This document shows positions 38,310-53,229 of a stretch of DNA of 64,000 bases, piece after piece (the first letter of the stretch is position 1; the number at the start of each line of letters is the position of its first letter). The DNA is from Takakia lepidozioides (Eukaryota > Plantae > Bryophyta): assembly GCA_030704615.1 (NCBI GenBank), contig CM060732.1, forward strand, positions 43,152,001 through 43,216,000, given 5' to 3'. Both the position numbers and the translations under genes were made by a program. The notes under the pieces were generated by a model. The model saw only the letters and a list, made by a program, of their open reading frames with translations. It was not told where the DNA came from and did not search any database.

Positions 38310-38633
38310 CTTCAGACCTGCCATTCCATTCCTAGGAAGGTTTCTAGATGATTTACTTGTTCTATTTTCTCACCCAAAAGTTCTAGTTGCGTCATCGAAA
38401 TGACAAGAAACAAACATAAGGTTGTGAGCACATTTTTGGATGTCACTTAGGTTTCTCTATATTCATTTTTTGTGTAGAGTCTCGAGTGGCTTTGTGATTT
38501 CAATGCTAAAACCAAGTCTTTCCTTCACTATCAACGGTATGGCATGAACCACCCCATACCTGACATAAATTTTGTACATTGATACCAGATGACAGGTCCA
38601 TGTAAAATTAGTAATGCAAATACAGAATATTGG

Positions 38634-41600
38634 CTAGAACCCTGGTAGGACAGACAGATCGGCAATGCCTCGAGGTAGATTTGCAATGCTGGTGAGTAAT
38701 GCTAGCCTGTTGTTGCGCAGCTCTTCTTCGTCCTGCCCATAATGCAGAGGTTAGCCAATTTGTCGTGCATTCTCTCTCTTTGTCCATCCTGCTCCTGATT
38801 TTAACTTGGCTTCAAATGTTCCACATCCATCACTTTGTCTCTCGAACTTTCTACCTTACGTCTCTCCTGCACTGTTCTTTTGCTTCAGCAAACAAAGCTA
38901 GCTTTCTGCCCTACATGCAGACAACTAGCAGTGGCCAACAGGAATTAGTTCTGACAACCATGCTGAGCAGTCATCATCCTGGTGTTTTGTTCTGTATTTG
39001 ACTCCAGAAAGCATCAAAAGATCTGCCAAAGCTTTCCACAGGAGAAGAGGGGGGTAGAACGCACCGCCATAACGAAGACATTGGAGAAGAAAGCCTCTAG
39101 AGGGCCTATCAAAGCCTCAGAGGCTTCCACAAATGCATCCACGCCCACCCCTGCTCCCACGGCATCCAGAAAAACACACTCAACCGATGACCCTTCCTTG
39201 CCAGCCATTGTACTTCACAACTCTGATGAGTGAAGCCCGGCACTAATTACATGACAACAAATGCAAGCTTTGAACAAGGCTAAATCGCACAGAAGAGCAA
39301 GAGGAGTAAAGAGGCAGTGAGCTCACCAGGGTGCAGTCGTGATGCAGTATGTTGGTAGGCATTCCAAAGTGCAGTTTCTTCTGGAACTCCAAATAAAGCT
39401 TCATTCACCTGAAACATCAGCAAGGTGGCTTGGCTGTGAGATTGCATCCGATGTCACATTAAACGGACTGGTATCCACTGCTTCAATTGAAGAGCGATAG
39501 TTCTTGCAGCTTGATTGACTGGGGCTGATTGGGGCCTGAAAGCGATTTAAAAGGGAAGGTGGTACCTTTGCCAGGTCAGAACTCAGAGCACACATACATA
39601 AAGGAGCAGGACAACTTCACCTGCCATGAAGAATCGACCTCTTTCCCACGGACGATCCTGGTTGGACGTGCATATGCAGCTACCACACGGCTCAGGGCAT
39701 CTCCTTTTGCTAAAGCCTCCATCTAAGGGTACTTTGACACCAAATATTAGTCATGAAAGCCCACTGAATGTAGGTGCATCTGTTAGATCTGTAAATACTT
39801 GTCCAGCATTAATTCAAGTGAGCAAAACAAACTCATAGAAGCAAGAAAGAAACAATGTTGAGGCACGCAAAAAGGACACAACATCACAGAAACAGCATAG
39901 AAGCTCATTAGGCACACCTTACCTTACGCTGGGTGGATATCGTGGTAAGCAAAGATCTGATGTTTCTAGAAAGAGTATGCATATTCTAAGTAATGATTAG
40001 GGAAAGAAAGAAGAGGTGTAGGGAGCTGAAGTTCACCTGTCCAACAGATCGAGCAGCGAGAGTTGGAACTGTGCATCGTTCAGTCAACACTGATCGCACA
40101 AATTCTACATTGGCACCTCCATCCACCTATCAAATCATGAACCTGTCAGCTACTCAATATACTGCCTTCTGTTTGGAAGGCGGACAACTTTTAACAGCCA
40201 TAACAGGGGCAACGCGGTTGCCCAAACCTGCCCCAAGGACTCGACAGTCCTCAGGTACCCACACATTAAGTGACCAGTTGCCCCCCTTTTCTAGCTGGGT
40301 TGGCTATAATGGGTGACATCCAACATACACCTCTGTGGCTTTGAAGCCGCGACCACTTGGACGGCGGCCCTGTGCGCTAACCACTGGGCCATCTGTTGAA
40401 TGCTAGTAGCTTCACTACTTTGATCTTGCGATTGCTTGTCCATCTTAAGCCAACAGCCTTTTTGAAACTCAGCAACGAGGATGTGAAGGAGAGTTCAGAC
40501 TATTAGATTGAAGGCTAAGGACAAACCAGAAGTTGCTCAAGCCTTCGAGTTACGAAAGCAAACACCTGCACATAGACAAGCCACACAAGCTACAACTTTT
40601 GAGATGTTTGGGACCTTCTTAAATAGAGGTACCATCATTGTGCATTTGGAATGATTTGTTTCCATTAGCTCACAACACTCATTCAAGGCAGGAAGACATT
40701 GTTCACAGGACTGGACACTCCAGTGTAATATAGTATCTAACGAAGAGCGACAACAACCAGGCCCCCTGATTAGGAGCAAGAATAGATCCTTGACACTGAC
40801 CTCCTGGAGAGTGGACTCCAACACTGGGAATTGTTGAACATTTGCTGCAATCTGCAAGGCAGCAGTTAAATCTAACTCCTTACCATTTCCGACCAGTGCT
40901 TGCACCTGCAGGACAAAGCCACACTCCATTAAACAGACTACTTTTCCCACCCCCACCTTCAGAATTAAGTGGAATGTGTTTAGGGAACGATCTTGAGGAG
41001 CAGAGGAAAATCCCTCCTAGTCACAACATTACTCTTGGATACCTCTCTCATTCCTGAGCTGCTCCCTTGAAAGGAGAGCTAAGTATTATATAATGATGGG
41101 TCACATCCAAAATAAGCTGCATTCTCAAACAGCTGTCAAGACTAGGTATGGGGAAAGGGCCCAAAAAAACAAATAGACCGATGAGGGGAAGCCGAAAGAT
41201 GGTTACTGGTTCAAGGACTGGACATGTTACCAGGGCATAAGCACTGCGGCGCAATCCAAATGGATCTGCTCCTGCAGTTGGTTGACAGCCAACTGCAAAC
41301 AACCCCACTAAGCTGTCTAACCTGCACCATACAAACATGACACCTTGTATTTGTTAGAATCTAACGCAGACCTTTGAAGAGGATGCAATATTTATGCTAG
41401 CATTCCAATTCTTCTCTGCAAATTCTCTTGGATTGTTATGTGGGCCCACACATATATCAGTGGGTACATGCTGCGACACCAAGAACTTCTGTCTGCTGAA
41501 GGTGGTGGGCACGCTTTTGAAGGCAGAGAATTTTGCACCTGGACATGGAAGCTACTTACCATTGCATCCCAGGATACAAACACGCAAACTGCACCCAGCA

Positions 41601-44600
41601 GCTAAGGTCTTGAAACAGAACAAAGAAGCTCCTGCCATTGCTAAAATCTTCAACCAGAATACCAAATACCAAATTAAATATCAAATTTAGACACTGACAC
41701 TACCTGTCCGCCACCGCCAATAGGATGCCAGCATCTGTTTTTGGCAAAGAATCACCAGCAAATCGTGGAAGAACGCTCTCAAAAATTGCGTCTGCGACCT
41801 GAATTTGAAGAAGCAACATCCCACTGTAAGACTTCCCAGAAGATTACTGTTAGTACTCGAATATGGAGGTGTGCCTCTCCACTCCACTCCACTCCCTCCC
41901 TTTCCCCTCGAGCCCCACCCCACCCCCACTTCTTCCAGTTTCTCTGTTTTTTGGTTAGTGTAGGTGTACAGCAATGCCCCCAGGGAAAAAATGTCCCTGC
42001 CTCCAGGCACAGGCAGTCTCTTTAACTCTGTTGTGGAGAACGGATTCCCAAGAGCTGGACAATGAGCATCTTTCAGAAGAGTGGCAACAAATTGGACCCT
42101 GGTAATCTATGGGCTACAAATGTTCCGTCCAAACTGGGTACGGGGTCTATGGCCACAAGGCTACGGCGAACAACATCTCGTGAGTCCATTCTATGGGCTA
42201 CAACTTTAGTGAGAACATAGAAGATTAGAAGGCAGCACTTACTGCAACAGGGTAGCCTTCCCTCAGTGCATAATGGCGGCCCATGACTCCTGCAAGAGAT
42301 GTAAATTCAGTGACCATGGCAGTTGCCAAGTCAGCCATTGCCAGCGGGACAGCTTGCTGAACTGTTAATAGGCTGGCATCATCCACGGACATTGCAGCTC
42401 CCAATGCTTGCACCATGCTCTCAACTCTGTTACTCTTGTCCAGCATCGATCCAAGCTTCTCCTGCACCAATACAGCACACCAGGGATGTCATGTGATAGT
42501 ACCGAAGCAACCCAGACCAGCAGCGAGGGATAGTCATAGTTTCTCTCTTCCTACCACAGTGTGCCGCGCGCACCTGGAAGGTAATGCCCTGTAACAAAGA
42601 CCTGAAGTCCCCCAAAGGCTTCGCCGTATCTGTTTCATAGAAAAACTTTGCATCCTCATATCTTGCCCTGCGCACAGAGCCACACACCAAAAGTGGAAAT
42701 TTCATTCAGAGTTGTCCTTGGGATCATCAGAAATGGGTTTCTATCAAGCCATCCGAAGTAAAGTAAAGACAACGCAGTGCTAAATGAAACTCCTAGTTCC
42801 AACGGCTCTTTCTCCATATTCTCCATTCGGGGTATGATTTGTTCTTTGTACTCTGTTGCTCTACTGTGTCCATTGGCCCTCTGATCTCCTGTGGTTATTA
42901 TAAACTCCTTTTCCAACTGCAGGGTCCCTGCGGCAAACATTGTTTGGTGGGCTCCCAGGAGAGCTAACTGCTAGCCAAGGACTGCGAATTCTACGAAACA
43001 TGAGCACTAAAAATGAAAATGTGAGTAATGCGGCCTGACATATCAGATCCAAAACTTACTGTCCATCCATGACCACATTTACACTTAGGTGGTAAGAGCC
43101 ACACACTAAGGCATGCATACATTTTCTATTAGTACTCAAATGACCAGAATGAACCGAAGAGGAAATAATATCACCTAAGCACAGCTTCATTCCCTTTTCG
43201 AACAACTGCCTCGTCTATTTTTCCATTAGCCACCTGCCACAGAATTGACAAGGTTGATATGTAAGTTTTAATGACTCCCTTAGAGAGTACAACCCAGACA
43301 TCAGTGAGACGACTGCTGAAGAATGTTGCCCGATAAAGATCCATATCTCACCGCTATGAACGCTGGTAACAGCTGGCCGCTTTCAACATCCATGACTGGG
43401 AAATACCGTTGATGTTTGTGCATCACCTGTCAGAACAACATGCACCTTGGCTGTAAATTACAAGTGCTAAATGAGAAAATTTATTAGAGTTGGCACTCCA
43501 CCAGAAAATGCCTTTGCAAAAACCATGAATCAAGAGTGCTGTCACATTTATACAGATGTAGCACCTGATTTCATAGCACAAAGTGGAATTTTTGGGCAGA
43601 CTCACCGTGGTCAGAATATCAGCTGGAAGCTTCAAAAAGGCTTCATCAAAGTGACCAAGCAATGGTGCTGGGGTCTCAACCAGATTAGCCACCTGCCAAG
43701 CACTTTGTTTGTCAAAACCTACTTGCCATTTCCAAAGCTCAAATCTACTACATAAGAATAACTATGATGATTATCAGAAGAGTGTAGATGTAAATCATCA
43801 TGAAGTGGGAAATTGGTCACCATTTACCTCCTCAAGCAGGCTACCTTGCGCCTCTGATGGAATCTGACCATGAATGCTGGTAGCCAGATTGCTGCTTTGA
43901 GCCCATATTTTTTCTTTCCTCTCCTGCCATACCAACATGATGACCTACTAATCAGCTGAAAAGGTCTCAACAGTGACAAACCATGGTAGGGGAATTCAGA
44001 GAAAGTCTGAGAAAATTGTCCAAAAGAGGCTGATCAGATGATGTAAGCAAGTTACAAGATTGTGGCTTTTGACCTTCATGCTGAGTACGAGTCCGGCTTG
44101 CTTCATTGCATTTTCATAGTCTTCTGCCCTCACAACCTGGTGTCACACAAAAGTTATGACTTGTGAGTCTCCTGTATCTGTCCATCTCTTTCTTGTTTAT
44201 AACGTGCTTGCCTGCGTCTGCATAGTGACCAGCCTGCTTCCACTAGCTCCTAATTCAAAGAGGCAGTGTACCACTCCAAGTAGTAGACTACTCTCAAACA
44301 CATAAAGAGTGTACAGCTACCTGAAGGGTAGGCTGAAGTGAGTTGCGCAGCACTTGGCTGGACCGCCCACTGTACAGTCACATGACAGCTTTGAAAAGTT
44401 AATACACCCACAATCATGACATCTCCTTCCAGATTAAGGATTTGTTTATGAGAGAAGGAAAGAAAAATTACATGTACTGTAACTTCCACAGAAGACCCAT
44501 AGCATTTATGAGCCCACAAAGGGTGAGAGTTGAATAGGAATTTCTTGAATTGCCAATGTGTTGATGGTTTTAAAGGAGGATAGAGAGAAAGAAAGAACAT

Positions 44601-44936
44601 TCTATGACAAGTGGGATCCAAAATGCCTCTGGTTCCTAAAGGAAGATACGAATGAGATTTCCAAGACCAAAACACAATTGAAGGATAAACAAGCTGTGGT
44701 GGACTTGGTGAGTTCCTGCTAACGAGAGAAAGAAGAAAGGACGGATAAGACCAATATGCCCACTGGAGGCCCAGAGGTCACATTCACCAAGAACATCAAC
44801 AACACAGAAGAACCATTGAAAGGTCAACACAACTCAATATCAATGACATGAAGAAAGAAAGCTTTGAATTTGATACGTCTACGGTAGCTGCAAAGGGCCG
44901 AAGGGCCACAATAGACAACAGAGGAGAACCACAGAA

Positions 44937-44988
<52 letters not shown>

Positions 44989-47900
44989 TGTGTAGCACCT
45001 GATGACACTGGCATATGAAAATGGCACCACTGCATCTCCATGAAGAGCTAGCAGCCACCTCAGTGGCCTACTGTAGGCAGCCTGTCTCCCAACTCTCAAG
45101 TATTACTGCATGTTGTAACAAATATATCACTTCACCAAGTTGCCTGGTGACATCATATGCAAAAACTTAAAATGCCATACAACTTGAAGTCAAATGTTCC
45201 AAGCAGAATCTGAATGAAATATACCTGAGAGTTCCAACGCATAACCTTGGGGAAAGCAAGATTGGCTAGAATCCCAGGAAGCTCCTCTGCTAGAACCTGC
45301 AGAGGAGACAAGACAATCCATCTAGAGCATAAAATCAAATGTTGAACTACAAAGTAAAAGAGTTGAATCTATGATGAGAGGGAGGAAGTGACCGAAACAT
45401 AATCAAATACTTGTCATACACCTATCTTGACAAGACTAATTCAGTTCCATATAACCCCAACTTGGGCTCCTTTGAGCTGTCAAAGTTGAGCTCGAAGTAC
45501 AGGCAAATTACAGAGTTGTATCAAGGGAGAGAGCTCACTTGAACAGAATGCTTGCCATGCTCCTTGACGACTGCAAATACATACTCAGTCTTTCCTGCAT
45601 GCTCCACCCCTCAAAGACCCTCAATCCTCACCAAGGTTCCCAGTTATGAGTGAGTGCATACTGTTAGCACACTGGTAATGTCTGCTAGTCGCAGAGGGAA
45701 CAGGATGGTTACAAGAATCTCACCATCAGTCTTGACAAAAAGCTCCTCAATCGCAACATTGTTTTTCTTGCAGAAACCTTCAGCAGCCTGCATAAACCAC
45801 AAAGATCCTTCAAGTCTTCATTGCATTATGTCTGCAGGTTTGACAACTATGACTAAGCCCAAACATGCCCAAAGACATCGTAGGAAGGAACATTAGACAT
45901 CAAATACCAGCAGGGATTGCATCCAGCTTTTGCACTATGTGTAGCTGCACACAAGTGTGATAAACATATATAAGCAGATTATGAGGCTTTACAACTGTTA
46001 TCCCTGGCCATGTTAATTGAAGAGTAGCTGACCTTGGTTGGCTTCCCGTCAGCATCAAATGCTTTGGTAGCAGGTGGGCCTCGCACCTCTCTCTCACTGT
46101 CATCTTGACGGAATGCCAGTTGCTCTATCAGCACCTACATGCAGAGACCGCACAAGGCCGAATCACCAGTGTATCACATGACTGTGCCACAAGTTTTGTA
46201 GCTGATGGGTCCTCCCTATCTATCTGTCATTGATTCCACAAAAATTGACATAGCAAAGAGGTATGTACCACAAGGCGGCGAGGTGTTCCAAGCACCGACA
46301 CGCTAGCATGCTGTAACCTCTTGCTCTCCAGAAATTGGGGCACCGCTGCTTCAAGCTGCACCAAAAAGGCAATACACTGATGAAGAGAAAAGCACATGAA
46401 TAATGAAAGGCAAACAGGAAAAGTCTAGTACACATGAAAGCCATACGACACCTGATCATATCTACTCTAACACTGCATGTCCTCCAGGTTAAAATGTGTG
46501 GAGAAGACAACATGCGTGGCAAAAAGCCTTCTCAAGAGTTACTACATCAGACTGCAGCTAATGAGGGAGTTTTTTCTTGAATGAACCAAAAGCCAGTCAC
46601 ACCAAAAAATATACAGGCACAGACAAAGGTGGCCAGAATAGTACCTGGGCAATAGAAGTGGTGACATCCTGTGGAGGGAGTTCCTCTGATCCAATCTCCA
46701 GCACAAAAGTTCGGGGTGCATCTACCTACACCCGGGAGTCATGGGACCAAATTTTGAGACCAAAAAACAGGTTAAAAGATAGAGATAACCACAAAACAAC
46801 TTGCCCCTAGAACAGTAGCCTTTCTGGACCTGCAAACCCTCTGGATTGGGTGCCATTACTGAAAGTGTGGAGCTCCATAGCTCAGCTTGCAGCGAAACAG
46901 ATCCCATTTTTGCAGTGAGATTTTTGCCTAGCTGATCCACGAGGAGAGAAGAAATATTTTTTAGTCCACCAAGAGGCCCAGAGGGCCCATGGAACAGTGG
47001 AAACCATTTTGAATTCTTCCGCTAACTTCAGTTTCTGGCTGGTTCAATGTGCCATTGGCTGCTCCTGGATAAGAATCTTCAGTCTGTTCTTCGGAATGGG
47101 ATCCTTTTGTTCATAAAACACATCAGAGCTTCCTTCTTCCTGCTATTTCCTCTGTTCATGTTTGGGCTTTTTGCACTGGAGGTTACAGAGTGCTTCAAAT
47201 GTAATGTTAAGCTTGGACTGCCTTCCATTGCATGGCAGGCTGGTGGAGGAGGCTTGTACCTCAAGTTAGTCGTGGAACCTTGGCCTGTTTCCAAGGGGTG
47301 TATTTGTGGGTGCTGGCCTCATTTATTCCCTTCATGGCTTCATGCCCTTGTGCATCCCAGTGCTTGTGGAGGTGGCTCATGCCACTAGTTCTTTGTCAAG
47401 GCTTGGTAATTGGTTTCCCAAGGACTTCTGTTAAGAGCCTTCCTCTTTTGTTGTCCTTGTGGCTTTTCTCGGCTTTGCTAATATACACCTCTGTTTATAA
47501 AAATTGATCCAGCCTATCCTCCAATTGCTTTTAACATGTTTAGGGAGAGAAGATGTCCTAAGGAAGGTCGGGGACAGCCACTGTGGTCACTCAACTGAAT
47601 TTTCCATAGCACTCATGCACAGCCCAGTCACAGGGTCTTGAGTTTCTCTGCCTTGCATTGACATACTAGAAAGCATAAGGTTGCTTCCAGCACTGCTGCT
47701 CTAGCCCCAAAGTAAGCCATACATAAGACACAAGGCTGTGATGGCACTGCCATTCAGGGTCTTGAAAAGGTTAGGAAAAGAAGGAGAGAGGACAGCAGCA
47801 TACTCCCATGCAAAAGGGACACACCTGCAAAACAGCCTGGTTAAGAGCCTCAGGCGGATGCTCATGGTGAGGGGACTCATGCCAGACTCCCAGTGGGTAG

Positions 47901-50900
47901 CTTAGTTTTTCACGACTCTCCACCCAAAGCTGTGCACACTGTCTGGCGAGCCTGGACACAACAACTTTGCACCTCAATTGTGTCCATTACATGGACAACC
48001 CTCTGAGATTTCTCACAACAGTCAAAGAGGTCAAAACTCATCACCGAGTCCATTCCTGAAGACTTGGCAGCCTGCAAGAAAAAGCTCTGAACATATTGCA
48101 TGCAATATTTCAATGTCTACAGACAAGAAGACATACACACACACAGAAAAACCACACAGCATGTAATTCCGGCAAGTACTGCACCTGGAGGGAAATTCTT
48201 ACAAACACTGCCAGAAAGTGATGAAATGGGACTTTTAGATTATCACATATCAGACTGATAACGGGTCCATGGTGAAAGATTTACATGCGCATGCGGCCAA
48301 AGAAGCGTGCTCTTTCAGTGACACCAATGGCACCTCTTGCATCCAAAATGTTGAAGGCATGTGATGTCTTCAACACATGGTCATATCTGCCATCCATGCA
48401 CTATTCCCAGAATGAGGTTTCTTTTCAAGTGACTCTTTTGCTAAGACCTTCTAGTGCTTGCATTTTCTAAACACGCCAGTTTCGAAGACTTAGGTCACCA
48501 GGATACTGAAGGAATTTATGACAGATCACCATAGCAGTCTCCATATCACAACAATCATTCTCAACAATCGATATGGAAGCACTAGGTTTTAAAGGGTAAG
48601 AAGAGTTTGATCTATACTTTCCAATTATCAAACAGCAAAGACCCTTCTTACAAGCTCATGTTACTGAGCAATATCAGAAAATCCAACTGTTTTTCTTATT
48701 GTTACACCTCTATCCAGAACAGCCTTTGAATCTAATCAGCAAATGCTAAGGCAACCAGGACATCTGACATCAGCATACTTGGCAACCATTTGGACAAGTA
48801 CAGCAAATTAAGAGTCCAAAAAGGAGGAAGCATACGCAGGGATGGGTAGACCCTGGCCCAAAAGAGAGCGTGCCTGCATATCATAAAGCTCAAAGCGTTG
48901 TTGCAAGCTCCCTACATCTGCATGCACCAGATTATATGCACTCATTTCTTTCCTGCCACCCCCACGCAGCCACCCACAAACGCATTTGGATGGTAAACGT
49001 ACCTACAATACAGCTTAAGGTGAATCCCTGAGGTCTGGTCTCGGGTCCCTCTACCCCAGAGAGAACTTCCAAATTTATAGCTCAATCCTTCCAGAAGCAT
49101 CAACATCCATGTGTACATGTCACGGAGGAAAGGCAGGTCCGACATTTGTGGATTTCCCATGATGAAGGCTCAGCATTCAATGCTGGTGTGAACAGGTAAT
49201 CACTGGACACCACCCTAAAGCCTGATTGACAGCCTATGCTGTCGATCCTCAGGGATCCAGGCTAACTTGCCACAGGTCTGCTATACAAGATTCTACCGGA
49301 AAGAATGTACAGCTAGATACCTAAAGTAAGAGAGAAGGAAGAACTTACTCATTTTCCAGAAATAACTCTCCATACGTGATACCTGGTGCATACAGTATTT
49401 TCTTAAAATGATCTACCCCCTGTCACCACGGCCACATGCACAACAACATGGGCATATTAAACATCTGCTTGTAAGCAGCAGCCAGAGGGAGTTTGGTGAA
49501 AATCTGGTTTTATGAGCTGTGGCAGAGAAGGTTTCCTGAAATAGACAAGGTACATCTGCCGTCTCATCTCACAAGAGAATCACATTAGACAGTGCAAATG
49601 CTACAACACACAAGACATAAACGAGTCAAACCTGCAGGGACATGAGGATGCGCTCAAGGCCGTAGGTGATCTCCACTGAGACTGGTAACAAAGGCATGCT
49701 TCCCGCCTGCTTCACCAACTCATCAAATGTCACTAGCTTCACAACGTTCCTGAATGTCAACTAGAGACAAACAAAGAAGCCTTCCAAATCTCTTATCAAC
49801 CTCAATTGCCAGGCTATGCCTGATCTTGCGAAGTCTTTTATGGGCCATTACAAAAAGGGCAGCAAGTTCCCCTTCTCTCTCTCTCTCACTTCCTGCTGTT
49901 ATTCATCAACAGAGTGCAACCAAAGGCACATTTGTTCCAAGCTAGAGAGCTAGACAAGCAGTTCCAGTTCAGCCTTATTCTTTCTGGTAAGATGTCATAT
50001 GCCACCCTATAAATTGATACTCAATTCCCTGTAAGTGGACTGTCATCGACTCTCCATGACTCTGACTTTTGCAATGTTTTCCTTGAAGCTCTTTTGAGGG
50101 AACAAAACTATTCAATATCTATAGTAGTCTCTAGAAGCTTAACACATGAGAATCTACCATTTGACATGACTGACCAATGTATTTTCTTAGAATATTTCAT
50201 TTGGTAGGATGCTAAATACATGTGTGGGAGGCTTCAAAGGCCACTGCAAGGCGGGTATGGGGTGACAGGGACCTTGCCTGCTGGAAATAGGTGAACTGTG
50301 TGATTTCCATTCCATCCATCCACACCTCCCACCCAAGTCCCCATGCACCCAGCACCTGCAGGGGGAGCACTTTAGCACCATATTGTCAGGATAATAATGA
50401 TTTAACTCAACCAAACCCTACCTTGCAAAAGCATTTCATGATGCTACTCTCCTAACCCCTGAACCTAAAACCCTAAACCCTAGTGACCAAAACCATGGTA
50501 GGAGTTTACAATTTAACTTATACTGGAGTCAAATAGTAAGAATATAAACAAGTAACTATCATTCACATGTGAAGCATCCCCAGAAAGGTCAATACGCCAT
50601 ACTGCTGCATGTTCTGCTAATCACACTTGATCTCATACAATAAGAACATAGGTGTCCAGCGAGTTTGTGATACCCACCGGGCTCTCCCAATTGTCTTCCA
50701 CAAAGCGCACATCGTGAGCCTTAATGTCAATGCCTGCGAACCAACCACTCTTCAATCATAATTGTACATTTAAGAGATAAGGCTTGGAACTAATAACAAT
50801 TGGTTTGCAAATGCCACAAACATATTGTGCAAGTAGACTCCTCTGGGGTTGATGTATCCCAATCATCTCTTCCCACTAATGAATAAAGAGACACACAGAG

Positions 50901-52132
50901 CTGACTCTAGAGTGCCAAGAAAAACTACATGGATGCAGTGAGAGTATGTGATGCCTGTAATGGGCACTTGATAAACCCCTCTGAACACACTTTGAAGATG
51001 CTACCTACTCCTTGCTAATTTCATTGGTGCAACTTACATACCTAGTGCTGCCAGGCTACCAAGGTAGAGCTCTTGCGAGTTTCCAGGATCTGGCTTTAAA
51101 ATCACCTGCACTCATTCACAAATATTTTCCCATTATGTTCCTGATATCAATTGATTGGGCACATGAGCTTCCAACAATGCGGCGGCTTTGGGCAGAAAGC
51201 GAAACAAGACCTGAAACTGAGTATGGCGCTGCACTCTGTTGGGGTTGTCTCCATAGCGGCTATCATCAGGCCTGACACTTGGCTCCACATATCTGGCAGG
51301 TTGAGAAAACACGAATTAGCAGACAACAGAAGCCCAGATTGTTGCCCCTCCTAGTTCAACAAGAGAATACAGAATTTGGACCAAGAACATTGTGGAGGTA
51401 CGTACGCAACATTCCAAGGCTCTGGACCGAGCACACGCAAAAAGGTTGCTGGATTCATAGTTCCTGCGCCGACCTGAATCCCTCCATTGCTGCCAGCTAT
51501 ATCATGAGAATAAAAGACTTGTGTGTTCCCACACTAATCAATAACAGACAAATGTATCAACACTTGCAGCTTGCTACCACACAATAGATGTCAAGCTCCC
51601 CTCATGTCAATTCTGATCACCACATTATTGGTACAAGTTTAACTACTCACTCTAAGGCCTAACACGCATTGTCTTCACATGTCATAATGCATCTGGACAA
51701 TTACCGCCAATAAAGCAGTTTTATGGTAGGATTAGCTCATCTCGAATTTTTAGCACCAAGCCATAGGACAGAAATGCTGTGGAAGCTTTGCTGCATTCCA
51801 TAACACATAGTAAATTTTCTCAAGTCACATACCTCATAAACGGGTCCATTGGTTGGACCTTGTCCAGACAGAATTCAGTCCCTATTACAGCTTGAACTGT
51901 TGTCTCTAATCTCATTACAAAACCAATCAAGCAGCTATGGTCAGAAAGAAAGGGAGCCGACCTCAGTGTTGCTAGACTGCAGTACCGCACAGCCCACAGA
52001 TGCCCAGTAATCCTGTTGCATGCCCAATATGCCCAGCATTACATATTCACTGGTCAACCCCAAATTCTGAACCGCTTGTTGCCTAAAGAGTAATAGTGGA
52101 CGCCCAAGCGAAGTCATCCAAGCGAAGTCCTC

Positions 52133-52180
<48 letters not shown>

Positions 52181-52862
52181 TTGGTTCCCAAATTTGTTGC
52201 AAGGATGGGGTGTTGAAGAATGGAGTCTGTTTCAGTCTTCTTGTTTATGGCACGTATATTTGCATAGAAGCATGCCCCTTATGAATTTGTAAGGGGCATT
52301 TTCAAACCAAAATACCATTGAATTTTGGACAATTTCCTCTCCCTCGTATCGGCCCCGCCCTCCCCAACCCTTCTCTGGAACGCCAGAAATTCGCAAACTC
52401 AAAGTTGGATGACTTCGCTATCGCAAATAATTTAAGCTTCCGAATCAAAATGAAATGCAATAAGGAAGGTATTCCAATCGTGAGTATCATAGAAGAAATT
52501 CCGCAGACCTGCAGACGTTGGATTGCCTGCTGGAAGCTGGGAGCGTGCGAGCACGCAACACCGGCCTTCTGCTCCACCTGCACAGCGGGCTCCGCATCCG
52601 CTCGAGGTTGGGCAGAAGTACTCACGCATTGTACATCTCTTCCCCCAACTGGAAATTGGACCAGAAGCCTTTTGCCCGGCATTCCCTGCACAGGGTTCCA
52701 GCTGAACGTTCTCTCTATGGTACTGCATTTTCTCAATCCCACCAGACAACGCAGCCCCGTGGAAGCACCCGGAGGTGCAGTCCTTGCCAGCAGAGAGCCC
52801 AGAGCACGCAGATTGGCCGCCCTGGGAAGTAGCAGCAGCGATGTGTGAGCTGCCATGCCCAT
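38634..52862 (-). CDS. EDD1: Glycine--tRNA ligase, organellar alpha-beta fusion type (GlyRS-2), many exons
   Basis: Exons read: transit peptide..[12 protein letters not shown]|[11 protein letters not shown]|[23 protein letters not shown]|[27 protein letters not shown]|VILKPDPG..|..[10 protein letters not shown]|[26 protein letters not shown]|..[70 protein letters not shown] (stop 38636-38634). The start could be ATG 52934, 52862 or 52856. Not every internal exon was mapped. Confidence 0.93.
44940..44988. repeat. (GA)n microsatellite in GlyRS intron
   Basis: Run of about 24 AG units, directly visible. Confidence 0.95.
52130..52176. repeat. (CT)n microsatellite in GlyRS intron 1
   Basis: Run of CT units with one interruption, directly visible. 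Confidence 0.95.
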
Positions 52863-53229
52863 GCCTGCTGCCCCTCTTCCTCCCTCGCTCTGCTTCCTTC
52901 CAGATAAGAGAGACGACCCCGCCTGCGCAGGCATCTTTCCAACCGCGCGCGGTCCATCTCGTCGCGGTTGTATTCTCACCGCGCGGTCTAGCAGTCGTAT
53001 TTCTAACCGCGCGGTCTAGAACTCGCCATGAAGTGTAGAAATGGGACACCGCCCAAGTGGGAGAAAGAGTATACCACACCCGTCAAGTAGCACGATTTGA
53101 CCCCAGAATCATCTGGGTGGCACTCGGGGCACTAACCAACCGAGCTACTGATTTGTTTTATTTTTAATAAATAATTTAAAGGGGGATAGAGGCCCTTTTA
53201 ATCAAATTAATTAAAAATAGAGTCATACC

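Noticed and set aside
50410-50485. Interstitial telomere array
   Set aside because: Only two or three degenerate AAACCCT units in an intron; too short to call.
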